Shown: one piece after another, positions 33,797 through 42,367 of the stretch
How positions within the stretch are numbered: the stretch's first letter is position 1
Layout of the letters: the number at the start of each line of letters is the position of its first letter
Source of the DNA: Candidatus Eiseniibacteriota bacterium
GTDB taxonomy: Bacteria; Eisenbacteria; RBG-16-71-46
Direction of reading: 5' to 3'
DNA: 64,000 nucleotides
Assembly (NCBI GenBank): GCA_963725865.1
Contig: CAVSAC010000014.1
Location: forward strand, 32,001 to 96,000
The notes under the pieces: model-generated
What the model saw: the letters and a program-made list of their open reading frames with translations, nothing else
Told to the model about the DNA's origin: nothing
Database searches by the model: none
Translations under genes and position numbers: made by a program

Positions 33797-36061
33797 CTAC
33801 CGCGCGTCGAACTCGCCCCAGGCGCGGTCCAGGGCGTCCTCGAAGTCGCGCGTGAAGCGCGCGGTGTCGAACAGCGGATGGGTCGCCCGGTTCGCGGCGA
33901 GTCGGTCGCGGAATCCGGAAAGCGCCCGCGGGCTTTGTGCGAGATGCAGCGCCAGCGCCTCGTAGGCGGCACGGTCCGGCGTGACGAGCTCGGGCAACCC
34001 GATCGCGTGCAGCTGGCTGCCGGCGATCCGGCTCACCAGCGTCTCTCCGGCGCGCGTGACGAGGGGCACCCCGACCAGCAGCGCATCGTTGGCGGTCGTG
34101 TGCGCGCCGTACGGGAACGAATCCACGAACAGATCGGCGGCCGCCGTTCGCGCAACGTGGCGCCCCACCGGCGAGACCAGCGGGGCGAAGATCAGGCGGC
34201 CCGGATCGATCCCGGCCATCGCCGCTTCGCGGCGCAGATTCCCTTCGGCATCGCTGCCGCACGCGAGCAGCCACAGCACGCTTCCGTCGACCGCATGCAG
34301 GAGCCGCATCCAGACGGCGAACACGTCGGGCAGGATCTTGTGGGCGCTGTTGAAGCACGAGAACACGAACGCGTCGGGCGGCAGTCCGCACTCGGCGCGC
34401 GTCGGCGGCGCGCCTTCGAGCGCGCGGCCCGGATTCGCCGGAAACGACATGTGCGGCAATTGCAGCAGCCGCTCGGTGAAGTACGGCTGGAGCGCCGCGG
34501 GACCGCTGTAGCGATCGACCAGCGCATGGTCGTACCAGTCGGCCCCGAGCGTGCCCGGATAGCCGAGGTAGTTGATCTGGACAGGCGCCGGATGGAGCGC
34601 GAATATCCGTTCCCGCGAGTGCCGCGTGTAGCCGTTGAGGTCGATCAGGACGGCGATGCGATCGGCGCGGATCCGCCGCGCGATTGCCTCGACGGACGCC
34701 TCGCTGACATCCGTGAAGTGCTCGAATGCGTCCGCAACGCGCTGCCCGATCGGGCCGCGGTCCCGGTCCCAGATTCCGTAGGCGAAGGTCTCGAACCGGT
34801 CCCGGTCGAAGCCTTCCCAATACGCGATCGACAGGTACACCATCGGATGCGGTCGAAAATCCGACGAGACGAACCCGACCCGCAGCCGTTCTCCGGGGGC
34901 CCGGGTGTAGGACGGCCGCACCGCCGGTGCAGGGGGCGCGAACCCCCGCGCCCAGCGCTGCGCAACCCGCAGCTGTGCCGTGGGCGAGGTCGGCATCGTG
35001 AGCAGCGCAAAGGGGTTGGTCCGGTCGTCCGCGCCGAGGTCATCGGACTCGATCAGGCGATTGAGCCTGTCGTGCATTTCGTCGAGGCCACGCCAGAGGC
35101 ATCGGTGTTGGCGACCGAGGGCGAGCATCGACAACGCATACGGACTGTCCGGGCGAAGCTCCAGCGCGCGCAGCCAGGCCGGCTCCGCGTCGGCATGGCG
35201 TTTCAGCTCGGAATAGAAGCTGCCGAGGTTCTGCTGGATTCGCACGTCGTCCGGCAGCAACCGCGCGGCCTCGCCGAAGCACGCCTCGGCGGCATCGAAT
35301 TCGCCGACGCGCTGGTGGGCCATGCCCCGGCGCACCCAGACGGGGGCCGGAACGTCGCGCCGGATGGCGAAGAGCCGGACGTACGCGGCGGCGGATTCCC
35401 GGAACGCATCGCGCTCGAACAGCGAGTTCGCGAGGTTACCCAGCGCGTCGGGATGCTGGGGATTCGCAGCGAGGACCCGACGATAGCAAGCCTCCGCGCG
35501 GTCGCGCTCACCGCAGGCCTCCAGAACGAGCCCCAGATTGTTGAGCAGCCCGGGGTGATCCGGCGCCGCTTCGAGCGCGAGCTCGTATTCGCGACGGGCA
35601 GCACCCGGGTCGCCGCGTTCCCGGTGGAGGTTGCCGAGATGGAAGTGCGCTTCGCCGTTGCCGGGGGCGATATCCAGTGCGCGGCGCCAGGCCGCCTCCG
35701 CGGCGATCGGATCGGCCGCACGCACGATCTCGCCCAGGAGGTTCCATGCCGTGACGTCGTTGGGCGCACGCTCTAGCGCAGTCCGGCAATCCGCCTCTGC
35801 GCCCGCGGTGTCGCCGATCATCCACGCCGCGCGCGCCTGCTCGCGCCGGAGTTCGGCGCTCCCTGGATCCGCGGCGAGCGCACGCTGCAACCAGGCCATC
35901 GCGTCGGCCAGTCGTCCATTGGCGAGCGCCGACTGCGCCCTCGCCGCGTAGTCGTCCGGTGCCAAGGGGTCGGGCGGTGACGCCTGCAGCGCGCCATGGC
36001 ATGCCTTGAAGCGCCTGCCGCTGCCACAGGGGCATGGTGCATTGCGTGACGGCTGCGGCAT
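33797..36061 (-). CDS. SEC-C + TPR + O-GlcNAc transferase (GT41/SPINDLY-like) protein
   Basis: RNAPCPCGSGRRFKACHG, many TPRs, LRVGFVSSDFRPHP, DLNGYT, PAPVQINYLGYPGT, ADLFVDSFPYGAHTTANDAL..GVP. Confidence 0.9.
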   Translation of the reverse strand: MPQPSRNAPCPCGSGRRFKACHGALQASPPDPLAPDDYAARAQSALANGRLADAMAWLQRALAADPGSAELRREQARAAWMIGDTAGAEADCRTALERAPNDVTAWNLLGEIVRAADPIAAEAAWRRALDIAPGNGEAHFHLGNLHRERGDPGAARREYELALEAAPDHPGLLNNLGLVLEACGERDRAEACYRRVLAANPQHPDALGNLANSLFERDAFRESAAAYVRLFAIRRDVPAPVWVRRGMAHQRVGEFDAAEACFGEAARLLPDDVRIQQNLGSFYSELKRHADAEPAWLRALELRPDSPYALSMLALGRQHRCLWRGLDEMHDRLNRLIESDDLGADDRTNPFALLTMPTSPTAQLRVAQRWARGFAPPAPAVRPSYTRAPGERLRVGFVSSDFRPHPMVYLSIAYWEGFDRDRFETFAYGIWDRDRGPIGQRVADAFEHFTDVSEASVEAIARRIRADRIAVLIDLNGYTRHSRERIFALHPAPVQINYLGYPGTLGADWYDHALVDRYSGPAALQPYFTERLLQLPHMSFPANPGRALEGAPPTRAECGLPPDAFVFSCFNSAHKILPDVFAVWMRLLHAVDGSVLWLLACGSDAEGNLRREAAMAGIDPGRLIFAPLVSPVGRHVARTAAADLFVDSFPYGAHTTANDALLVGVPLVTRAGETLVSRIAGSQLHAIGLPELVTPDRAAYEALALHLAQSPRALSGFRDRLAANRATHPLFDTARFTRDFEDALDRAWGEFDAR

Positions 36062-36325
36062 CGATGGGGAGTGCTGGAAAGGGTCCGACCGCGGCGCGCC
36101 TCCGGCCGGCAGCCGCGACGGGGTCCGGCGTGGGGCATCGGCAGGGTGCGATGGTCGTCGTGAGGCCATAGCATACCGTCGTCACGCCACGCTTGCTCCC
36201 GGTCCGCACGAGGGCGCCGCGATGGAGGAGCGGCGCGCAGGAAGGTTGCGCCAAAAGGACGGGCAGGTCTCGTATAATCGGCACGGTTCGCCGCGTGGGC
36301 GAGCGGCGGATCGTGCGGAGCCATC

Positions 36326-36703
36326 GTGCAATTCTCTAGCCGACAGTTTGCCGATATCGTCGTCGCCGCCCCCGTCGGCCGGATCGACCACGCCGCGGCC
36401 GGACAACTCGAGCAGTCGCTGGCGCCGCTTCTCGCGGAGGCGTCCACCGGCAAAGGGGGAGTCATCCTGGATTTCGCCGGCGTCGACTACATCAGCAGTG
36501 TCGGATTGCGGGTGCTGATGATCGCCGCCAAGCAGATGCGCGGACGCGGCGCGCGGATCGCGGTCGCCGCACTGCAACCGGTCGTGACGGAAATCTTCGC
36601 GATCAGCCGCTTCGACAGCGTCCTCGAAGTATTTCCATCGGTCCGCGCCGCCGTCGAAAAGCTCTCGCCGCCGGCGCTCGCCAAATTCGATGCGGCGTCC
36701 TGA
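36326..36703 (+). CDS. STAS anti-sigma-factor antagonist (SpoIIAA/RsbV-like)
   Basis: GRID, ILDFAGVDYISSVGLRVL containing the phosphorylatable Ser. Confidence 0.88.
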   Translation: MQFSSRQFADIVVAAPVGRIDHAAAGQLEQSLAPLLAEASTGKGGVILDFAGVDYISSVGLRVLMIAAKQMRGRGARIAVAALQPVVTEIFAISRFDSVLEVFPSVRAAVEKLSPPALAKFDAAS

Positions 36704-36712
36704 CGGCCGGAA

Positions 36713-37672
36713 ATGAAGCGGATACGCTTCTGGGGTACGCGCGGGTCGCTGCCCGTCTCGCTGACCGCCGCCGGGGTTCGCCGGAAGCTTGTCACCGCGC
36801 TGCGCGGCGCCTCGGGACGCACATTCAACTCGGACCGCGAGATCGACGCGTATCTCGACGGTCTCGATATCGCCGTGTCCGGGACGTACGGCGGCCATTC
36901 GCCGTGCGTCGAGCTCGAGACCGGCGGCCCCGACTACGTTCTCTGCGACCTTGGCAGCGGTCTGCGGCCCTTCGGACAGGCCGCGATCGCCCGCCACGGC
37001 CCCGGCTCGCCGCAGACGTACCACATCTTCGTGTCCCACGTGCACTGGGATCACATCATGGGCCTGCCGTTCTTCACGCCGGCCTATATCCCGGGCAACC
37101 GGGTGCGCTTCTACGGCTGCCATCCGTGGCTCGAATCGGCATTGCGGCGCCAGCAGGAGAACCCGTCGTTCCCCGTGGATTTCTCCTACCTGCGCGCGAG
37201 CATCGATTTCACGGTGCTCGAGCCGGGCAGGCGCTACGACATCGCGGGAATGAGCGTGACCGCGAAGCTGCAGCGGCACGCGGGCGACTCGTACGGCTAC
37301 CGCTTCGAGAAGAACGGTCGGACCGTCGTTTACACGACCGATTCCGAGCACAAGCTCGCGGAGATGACGGAAACCACCGACATCGTCGAGTTCTTCCGGA
37401 AAGCGGACGTCGTGATCTTCGACGCGATGTATTCGCTTGCCGAGGCAACCACCGTCAAGGCCGACTGGGGGCATTCGAGCAACGTGGTCGGGGTCGAGTT
37501 GTGCCAGTTGGCGGAAGTGCGGCACCTTTGCCTCTTCCACCATGAACCCGCCAACGACGACGAGGCGATCTCCAGGGTGCTCGCGGAAACGCGGCGCCTC
37601 GAGGAAATCACGCGGACCCGCGAGCCCATGCTCGTCACCGCGGCCTACGACGGGATGGAAATCGAGTTGTGA
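36713..37672 (+). CDS. MBL-fold metallo-hydrolase
   Basis: FWGTRGSLP, YGGHSPC, SHVHWDHIMG, TTDSEH, WGHS, LFHHEP. Confidence 0.88.
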   Translation: MKRIRFWGTRGSLPVSLTAAGVRRKLVTALRGASGRTFNSDREIDAYLDGLDIAVSGTYGGHSPCVELETGGPDYVLCDLGSGLRPFGQAAIARHGPGSPQTYHIFVSHVHWDHIMGLPFFTPAYIPGNRVRFYGCHPWLESALRRQQENPSFPVDFSYLRASIDFTVLEPGRRYDIAGMSVTAKLQRHAGDSYGYRFEKNGRTVVYTTDSEHKLAEMTETTDIVEFFRKADVVIFDAMYSLAEATTVKADWGHSSNVVGVELCQLAEVRHLCLFHHEPANDDEAISRVLAETRRLEEITRTREPMLVTAAYDGMEIEL

Positions 37673-39819
37673 GTTTGCCCGCGCGAATGGCGGCCGCGGT
37701 CCGTCGGACCGGCCCCATTCGCCTGGTCGCGATTCCGCTCCTCCTCGCGCTGACCGCGCTGATCTGGCTGGATCCGTCGTGGATCGCGCGCCCGCAGACC
37801 GCGTGGTTCGATGCGTACCAGGCGGCCTCGCCCCGGCAGGTCGCGTCGATGCCGGTCACGATCGTCGAGGTCGATCAGAAGAGCCTGGCTGCGCTCGGAC
37901 AGTGGCCGTGGCCGCGCCCCGTGCTCGCCCAGCTGATTCGGGACATCAACCGCCACCGGCCGGCGGCGATCGGCGTCGACATCCTGATGCCCGAGCCGGA
38001 CGGATTGTCGCTTGAGCGCCTGCTCGCGCGCACCGGCAACAAGGATCCGGCCCTGCAAACTCAGCTCGCCGCGCTATCGGCCCACGACGCGGAGCTCGCG
38101 CGCACGCTCGCCGCGGCGCCGACCGTGCTCGCGATCGCGGGCAGCTCCGAGGCCACGGGAATGCTGCTGCGGGCACCGCCGTTCACCGTCTCCGGCATGT
38201 CCGCCCGATCGGGCGCGCCGGAGAGGGTCGCTCAAGGGCTCCCCAACTACACGGGCGTATTGACGAGCCTCGACCAGCTCGACCGTGCCGCGTCCGGTCA
38301 CGGTCTCGTTTCGGTCGAGCCGGCGGGCGGGGTCTTTCGCCGCATCCCGCTCGTCGCGAACGTGGGCGGAACGCTGGTGCCTGCGTTCGCGATCGAGATG
38401 CTGCGGGTCGCCGTCGGCGTGCCGTCGCTGCGACTCCTGATCGATGGTCCGTCGGTGGTGGGCATCGCGGTCGGCAACTTCATCGCGCCGACCGAGGCGG
38501 ACGGCGCCGCGCGCGTCTATTATTCGCCGCGCAACGGCGACCGCTTCATCTCGGCGGTCGACATCCTCGACGGCAAATTCGATCCGCAGCAGATCGAGCA
38601 GAAGCTGGTGCTGATCGGCGTGACCGGCGTCGGCATGGTCGAGGACAGGAACACGCCGCTCGGCGCGCTGATGCCGGGCATCGAGATCCACGCGCAGCTC
38701 CTGGAAAACCTCTTCGACCAGACGCTGCTCAACCGGCCGGTCTGGGCGCCGCGGATCGAGGCGCTCGCGTTCCTGCTCCTGGGCGCGCTTCTCGTCTTCG
38801 CGACACCGCGGTGGAGTGCGCGCAATGCCACGCTTCTCGCCCTCGGTTGCGTCGCCTTGCTGGCGCTGTCCGGATACCTGGCATTTCGGCAGCAGCGGCT
38901 GGTGCTCGACGCGGCGGTGCCCGGAGTGAGCCTGATGCTGCTGTTCGTGGCGCTCCTCGTGCTGACGCTGGCGGAAGCGACCCGCCAGAGAAGATCGCTC
39001 GAGCGCCTCGTGCAGCGCGAGCGCGAGCAGCGCGCCCGCATCGCCGGCGAGCTCGATGCGGCGAAGCGGGTGCAGGTCGCGACGTTGCCGCGCGCCGAGC
39101 TGCTGCGCGACGATCCCCGGATCGACCTCGCGGCGGTCATGATTCCGGCCCGTGAGGTCGGCGGCGACCTCTACGATTTCTTTCGGCTCGACGACCGCCA
39201 CCTGTTCTTCCTCGTCGGGGACGTCGCCGGCAAGGGTCTCTCGGCGAGCATCTTCATGGCGGTGAGCAAGGCGCTGTGCAAGAGCACGATGCTTCGGACG
39301 TCGGGCGCGGACATCGGCGAGCTCATGTTCGCGGCCAACGCCGAGGTTTCGCGCGACAACCCCGAGATGCTGTTCGTCACCGCGTTCGCCGGGGTGCTGG
39401 ACCTCGAGACCGGCGAGCTCGTCTATTGCAACGCCGGTCACGAAAATCCGTACCTGGTGGACCCGGTGGGCGCGACCGTCGTCCGGATCCAGGATGGCGG
39501 CGGGCCGCCGCTTTGTGCGGTGGACGGCTTCGTCTACCGGGGAGGGGAGTGCCGGCTCCGGCCCGGCGAGCTGCTCTGCGTCATCTCCGACGGGGTGACG
39601 GAAGCGCTGAGTCCGGCCGGTGCCCTGTACGGTGATGGACGGGTGCGCCGCTTCCTGCAGGGCCTTGCGAACGCCGACTTGAACGCCACCGCGGTCGTCG
39701 ACGCGCTGCGCGCGGATGTCGAGGCATTCGCCGCGGGCGCCGAACCGGCGGACGACATCACGGTGCTGGTGTTGCGCTGGAATGCCCCGCGCAACGCCCC
39801 GCAGCGCGCGCGCGCCTGA
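37669..39819 (+). CDS. CHASE2 sensor + three TM helices + PP2C (SpoIIE/RsbU-type) phosphatase
   Basis: VEVDQKSL..LGQWPWPR, TPLG..MPGIEIHAQ; EVGGDLYDFF, GDVAGKG, CNAGH, SDGVTEA, DDITV. Confidence 0.92.
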   Translation: MSLPARMAAAVRRTGPIRLVAIPLLLALTALIWLDPSWIARPQTAWFDAYQAASPRQVASMPVTIVEVDQKSLAALGQWPWPRPVLAQLIRDINRHRPAAIGVDILMPEPDGLSLERLLARTGNKDPALQTQLAALSAHDAELARTLAAAPTVLAIAGSSEATGMLLRAPPFTVSGMSARSGAPERVAQGLPNYTGVLTSLDQLDRAASGHGLVSVEPAGGVFRRIPLVANVGGTLVPAFAIEMLRVAVGVPSLRLLIDGPSVVGIAVGNFIAPTEADGAARVYYSPRNGDRFISAVDILDGKFDPQQIEQKLVLIGVTGVGMVEDRNTPLGALMPGIEIHAQLLENLFDQTLLNRPVWAPRIEALAFLLLGALLVFATPRWSARNATLLALGCVALLALSGYLAFRQQRLVLDAAVPGVSLMLLFVALLVLTLAEATRQRRSLERLVQREREQRARIAGELDAAKRVQVATLPRAELLRDDPRIDLAAVMIPAREVGGDLYDFFRLDDRHLFFLVGDVAGKGLSASIFMAVSKALCKSTMLRTSGADIGELMFAANAEVSRDNPEMLFVTAFAGVLDLETGELVYCNAGHENPYLVDPVGATVVRIQDGGGPPLCAVDGFVYRGGECRLRPGELLCVISDGVTEALSPAGALYGDGRVRRFLQGLANADLNATAVVDALRADVEAFAAGAEPADDITVLVLRWNAPRNAPQRARA

Positions 39820-39868
39820 TCGGGGAGCCCGGACCGGCGGAATCGGCCCGGCGGCTGCGGTCGCGGAA

Positions 39869-40480
39869 TCAGCGCACGACGATCTCGACGCGGCGATTGC
39901 GCGGCTCGGCGATCCCATCCGCGGTCGGCACCATCGGATCGCGCTTGCCTCGCCCGACCGCGACGATATTCTCCGGCGCGACGCCACGCGCGATCAGCGC
40001 CGCCCGAACGGTCCCCGCACGGCGCAGCGCCAGCGCATCGTTGACCTGATCGCTTCCCACCTTGTCGGTATGCCCGACGACGACGAGGTCCGGGACCGGA
40101 TACTTCGCGACCGCGGCAAACACGGTTTCGAAGATCGCCGCAGATTCGGGGGTCAGCTCGTCCTGTCCCTCGATGAAGTACAGCGTGAACGAGGCGGGCC
40201 GTCTGGGTTGCGCGGCGAGCGCGGCGCCGAAGCGCGCCTGCACTTCCTTGGGATCCGACGTGTAGGCCTGCGCACCCATCGGCCATTCGCGCGTCGCGGC
40301 GTAGGGCTTGTCGAGCACGATGGTCTGGTCACGCTGCCTGACCTCGACAGCGGTGTCGCGCGCGTCCTTCTCGGGCAGCAGCACGACGGTGCCGCTGTTG
40401 TATGCGCATCCGGCGAGCCACGCCGACAACGCCACGGCGGCACGCCCCGCCCCGAGGCGAGCGATCCCGCTAATCGTCAT
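39869..40480 (-). CDS. OmpA-family lipoprotein
   Basis: Lipobox LAGC; GHTDKVGS..NDALALRRA, GRGKRDP, RNRRVEI. Confidence 0.88.
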   Translation of the reverse strand: MTISGIARLGAGRAAVALSAWLAGCAYNSGTVVLLPEKDARDTAVEVRQRDQTIVLDKPYAATREWPMGAQAYTSDPKEVQARFGAALAAQPRRPASFTLYFIEGQDELTPESAAIFETVFAAVAKYPVPDLVVVGHTDKVGSDQVNDALALRRAGTVRAALIARGVAPENIVAVGRGKRDPMVPTADGIAEPRNRRVEIVVR

Positions 40481-40925
40481 TGGCGCTGACCACGAATTCG
40501 GTGCCGCGAATGCCGAGTATGGACGAGGGCGTGCGCACCTTCATCGCTTCGGGGGATTGCTTGGCGATGCGGCCCGAGATCACCGCGAGCGAGCCCTTCT
40601 GCAGCGCAGCGTCGAACTGGCCCTGGCTGGTGGTCGAGTCGAAATCGTAGCGATCGAGCGACAGGATGCTGTTCGGTCCGGCGGAGAGGAGCGAGTTGTC
40701 GCTCATGGTGAGCCCGACCGAGCCGTCGGCGCCGGTCTTCAGCACGTCTCCCGCCTGCAGCCGCACGCCGGCCGTGGCCGGGATGACCTGGCCGCCGCGC
40801 TCGATCGTCACTCCGCCCTTTGCGACCTTGATCTGCCCGATGTCGGCCGCACCGGCCGACGCGGCGACCCACAGGGCGAGCGCGGTCGCCGAAATCCAAC
40901 GCAGATGCTTGCCTCGATTCGTCAT
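40470..40925 (-). CDS. Exported stand-alone FecR-domain protein
   Basis: Signal peptide; GDVLKTGADGS, DNSLLS.GPNS, RTPSSILGIRGTEF. Confidence 0.85.
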   Translation of the reverse strand: MTNRGKHLRWISATALALWVAASAGAADIGQIKVAKGGVTIERGGQVIPATAGVRLQAGDVLKTGADGSVGLTMSDNSLLSAGPNSILSLDRYDFDSTTSQGQFDAALQKGSLAVISGRIAKQSPEAMKVRTPSSILGIRGTEFVVSANDD

Positions 40926-41033
40926 CGAAATTCCCCTGGAAGCACCGAAACGCGGTGACCCGGAACGCTTGCGCTGCGGCTACCCGCTTATACTCGTCAT
41001 TGACCCACGCGCCGACGCGCCGATTCTATACCC

Positions 41034-41504
41034 ATGACGGTACAACTTTCCACGGCCGCCCCCGAGCGGAAGGTCTTCGAAGCACGGATGAGCAACCTGC
41101 AGGAGACGGTCGCCTTCGTGGATGACTTCTGTGCACGCCATGGCATCGGTCGCGACGACGCGTTGCGGCTCACGCTGATCGTCGAGGAGCTGTTCGCGAA
41201 CACCGTCGAGCACGGGTACCGGAAGGAAAGCGACGCGCCGATCGTCATCGCGCTGTCGCCGGCGGATGGCGCGGTCACGCTCGCCTACGAAGACGCGGCC
41301 CCGCGCTTCGACCCGCTGTCGCAGCCGCCGCCGGACATCAGCGCACCGATCGAATCGCGTGCAATCGGCGGCCTCGGCATCCACCTCGTCCGGCAATTCG
41401 CGCGGAGCATGCGGTACGCCCGCGAAGGCGGACACAACCGGGTCTGGCTCAGCGTGCCGTGCGCGAGCTTGGCGCGAAGCAATCGGGCGATGGCGCCGCC
41501 ATGA
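41034..41504 (+). CDS. RsbW/SpoIIAB-like anti-sigma Ser/Thr kinase (HATPase_c_2)
   Basis: EELFANTVEHGY, ED.APRFDP, IGGLGIHLVR, GHN. Confidence 0.88.
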   Translation: MTVQLSTAAPERKVFEARMSNLQETVAFVDDFCARHGIGRDDALRLTLIVEELFANTVEHGYRKESDAPIVIALSPADGAVTLAYEDAAPRFDPLSQPPPDISAPIESRAIGGLGIHLVRQFARSMRYAREGGHNRVWLSVPCASLARSNRAMAPP

Positions 41505-42172
41505 ACGAATGGGATGTGACAGGACGAATGCTCGCGGCGCTGGCCGGCGGCGGGCTGATCGGTCTCGAGCGCACCTTCCGCGGTCGCGCCGCCGGCCTGC
41601 GCACGTATGCGCTGGTCGCGCTCGGATCGGCGATGCTGGTCGCGGCCACTCAATACGATCTGGTGGCGGCGACGCACGGCGGCGGCGACCCCACGCGTGT
41701 CATCCAGGGGATCGTCACCGGCATCGGATTCCTGGGCGCGGGCGTGATCGTCAAGGAGGGATTCTCGGTCCGCGGGCTGACGACCGCGGCGTCGATCTGG
41801 GTGGCGTCGGCGATCGGCGTGGTCATCGGTGCCGGCCTTTTCCTCTCGGGCGCCGCGGCGGTGGCGCTCACGCTCATCGCCCTGGCGCTGTTGCGGCGGA
41901 TCGAGGATCGACTGCATGTGCAGAACTTCGTCCATTGCACGGTTTCCTTTCGGCGTGACCGCATCCCGGACGAGGATTGGCTGCGGCAGCTCGTTCGAAG
42001 GTTCGGTTTCGTCATCACCGAGCGCTCGTACCGCCTCGACGACGAGTCGCAACGGTTCGAGTACCGGACCGTGATGTGGTCGGTCGATCCGGAGGGCAGC
42101 CATCTGCTTCAGCAGAGCCTTCTCTCCGAGCCGGACGTCGTCGAGTTCCGCATCTCGCCAAGCCGGGATTGA
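41501..42172 (+). CDS. MgtC/SapB family membrane protein
   Basis: GLIGLER, AGLRTYALV, DPTRVIQGIVTGIGFLGAG, GLTTAASIW. Confidence 0.9.
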   Translation: MNEWDVTGRMLAALAGGGLIGLERTFRGRAAGLRTYALVALGSAMLVAATQYDLVAATHGGGDPTRVIQGIVTGIGFLGAGVIVKEGFSVRGLTTAASIWVASAIGVVIGAGLFLSGAAAVALTLIALALLRRIEDRLHVQNFVHCTVSFRRDRIPDEDWLRQLVRRFGFVITERSYRLDDESQRFEYRTVMWSVDPEGSHLLQQSLLSEPDVVEFRISPSRD

Positions 42173-42367
42173 CGCCGGCGACCGCCGCGGGTCGGAGGGA
42201 GCCGGTCGCTGACCCCGCGTCCCGCGAAGGGCACTTCGCCGGTTCGGTGCTTCGTCGAATCCGAACGCGGCAGGGTGGCGCCGGTCATGCGAAAATGACA
42301 CGTTGAGCGGCGCATCCAGCATGGGCGCCGGCACCCTGGTCGACCCGCTCCCGGTATCGCGCACGCC

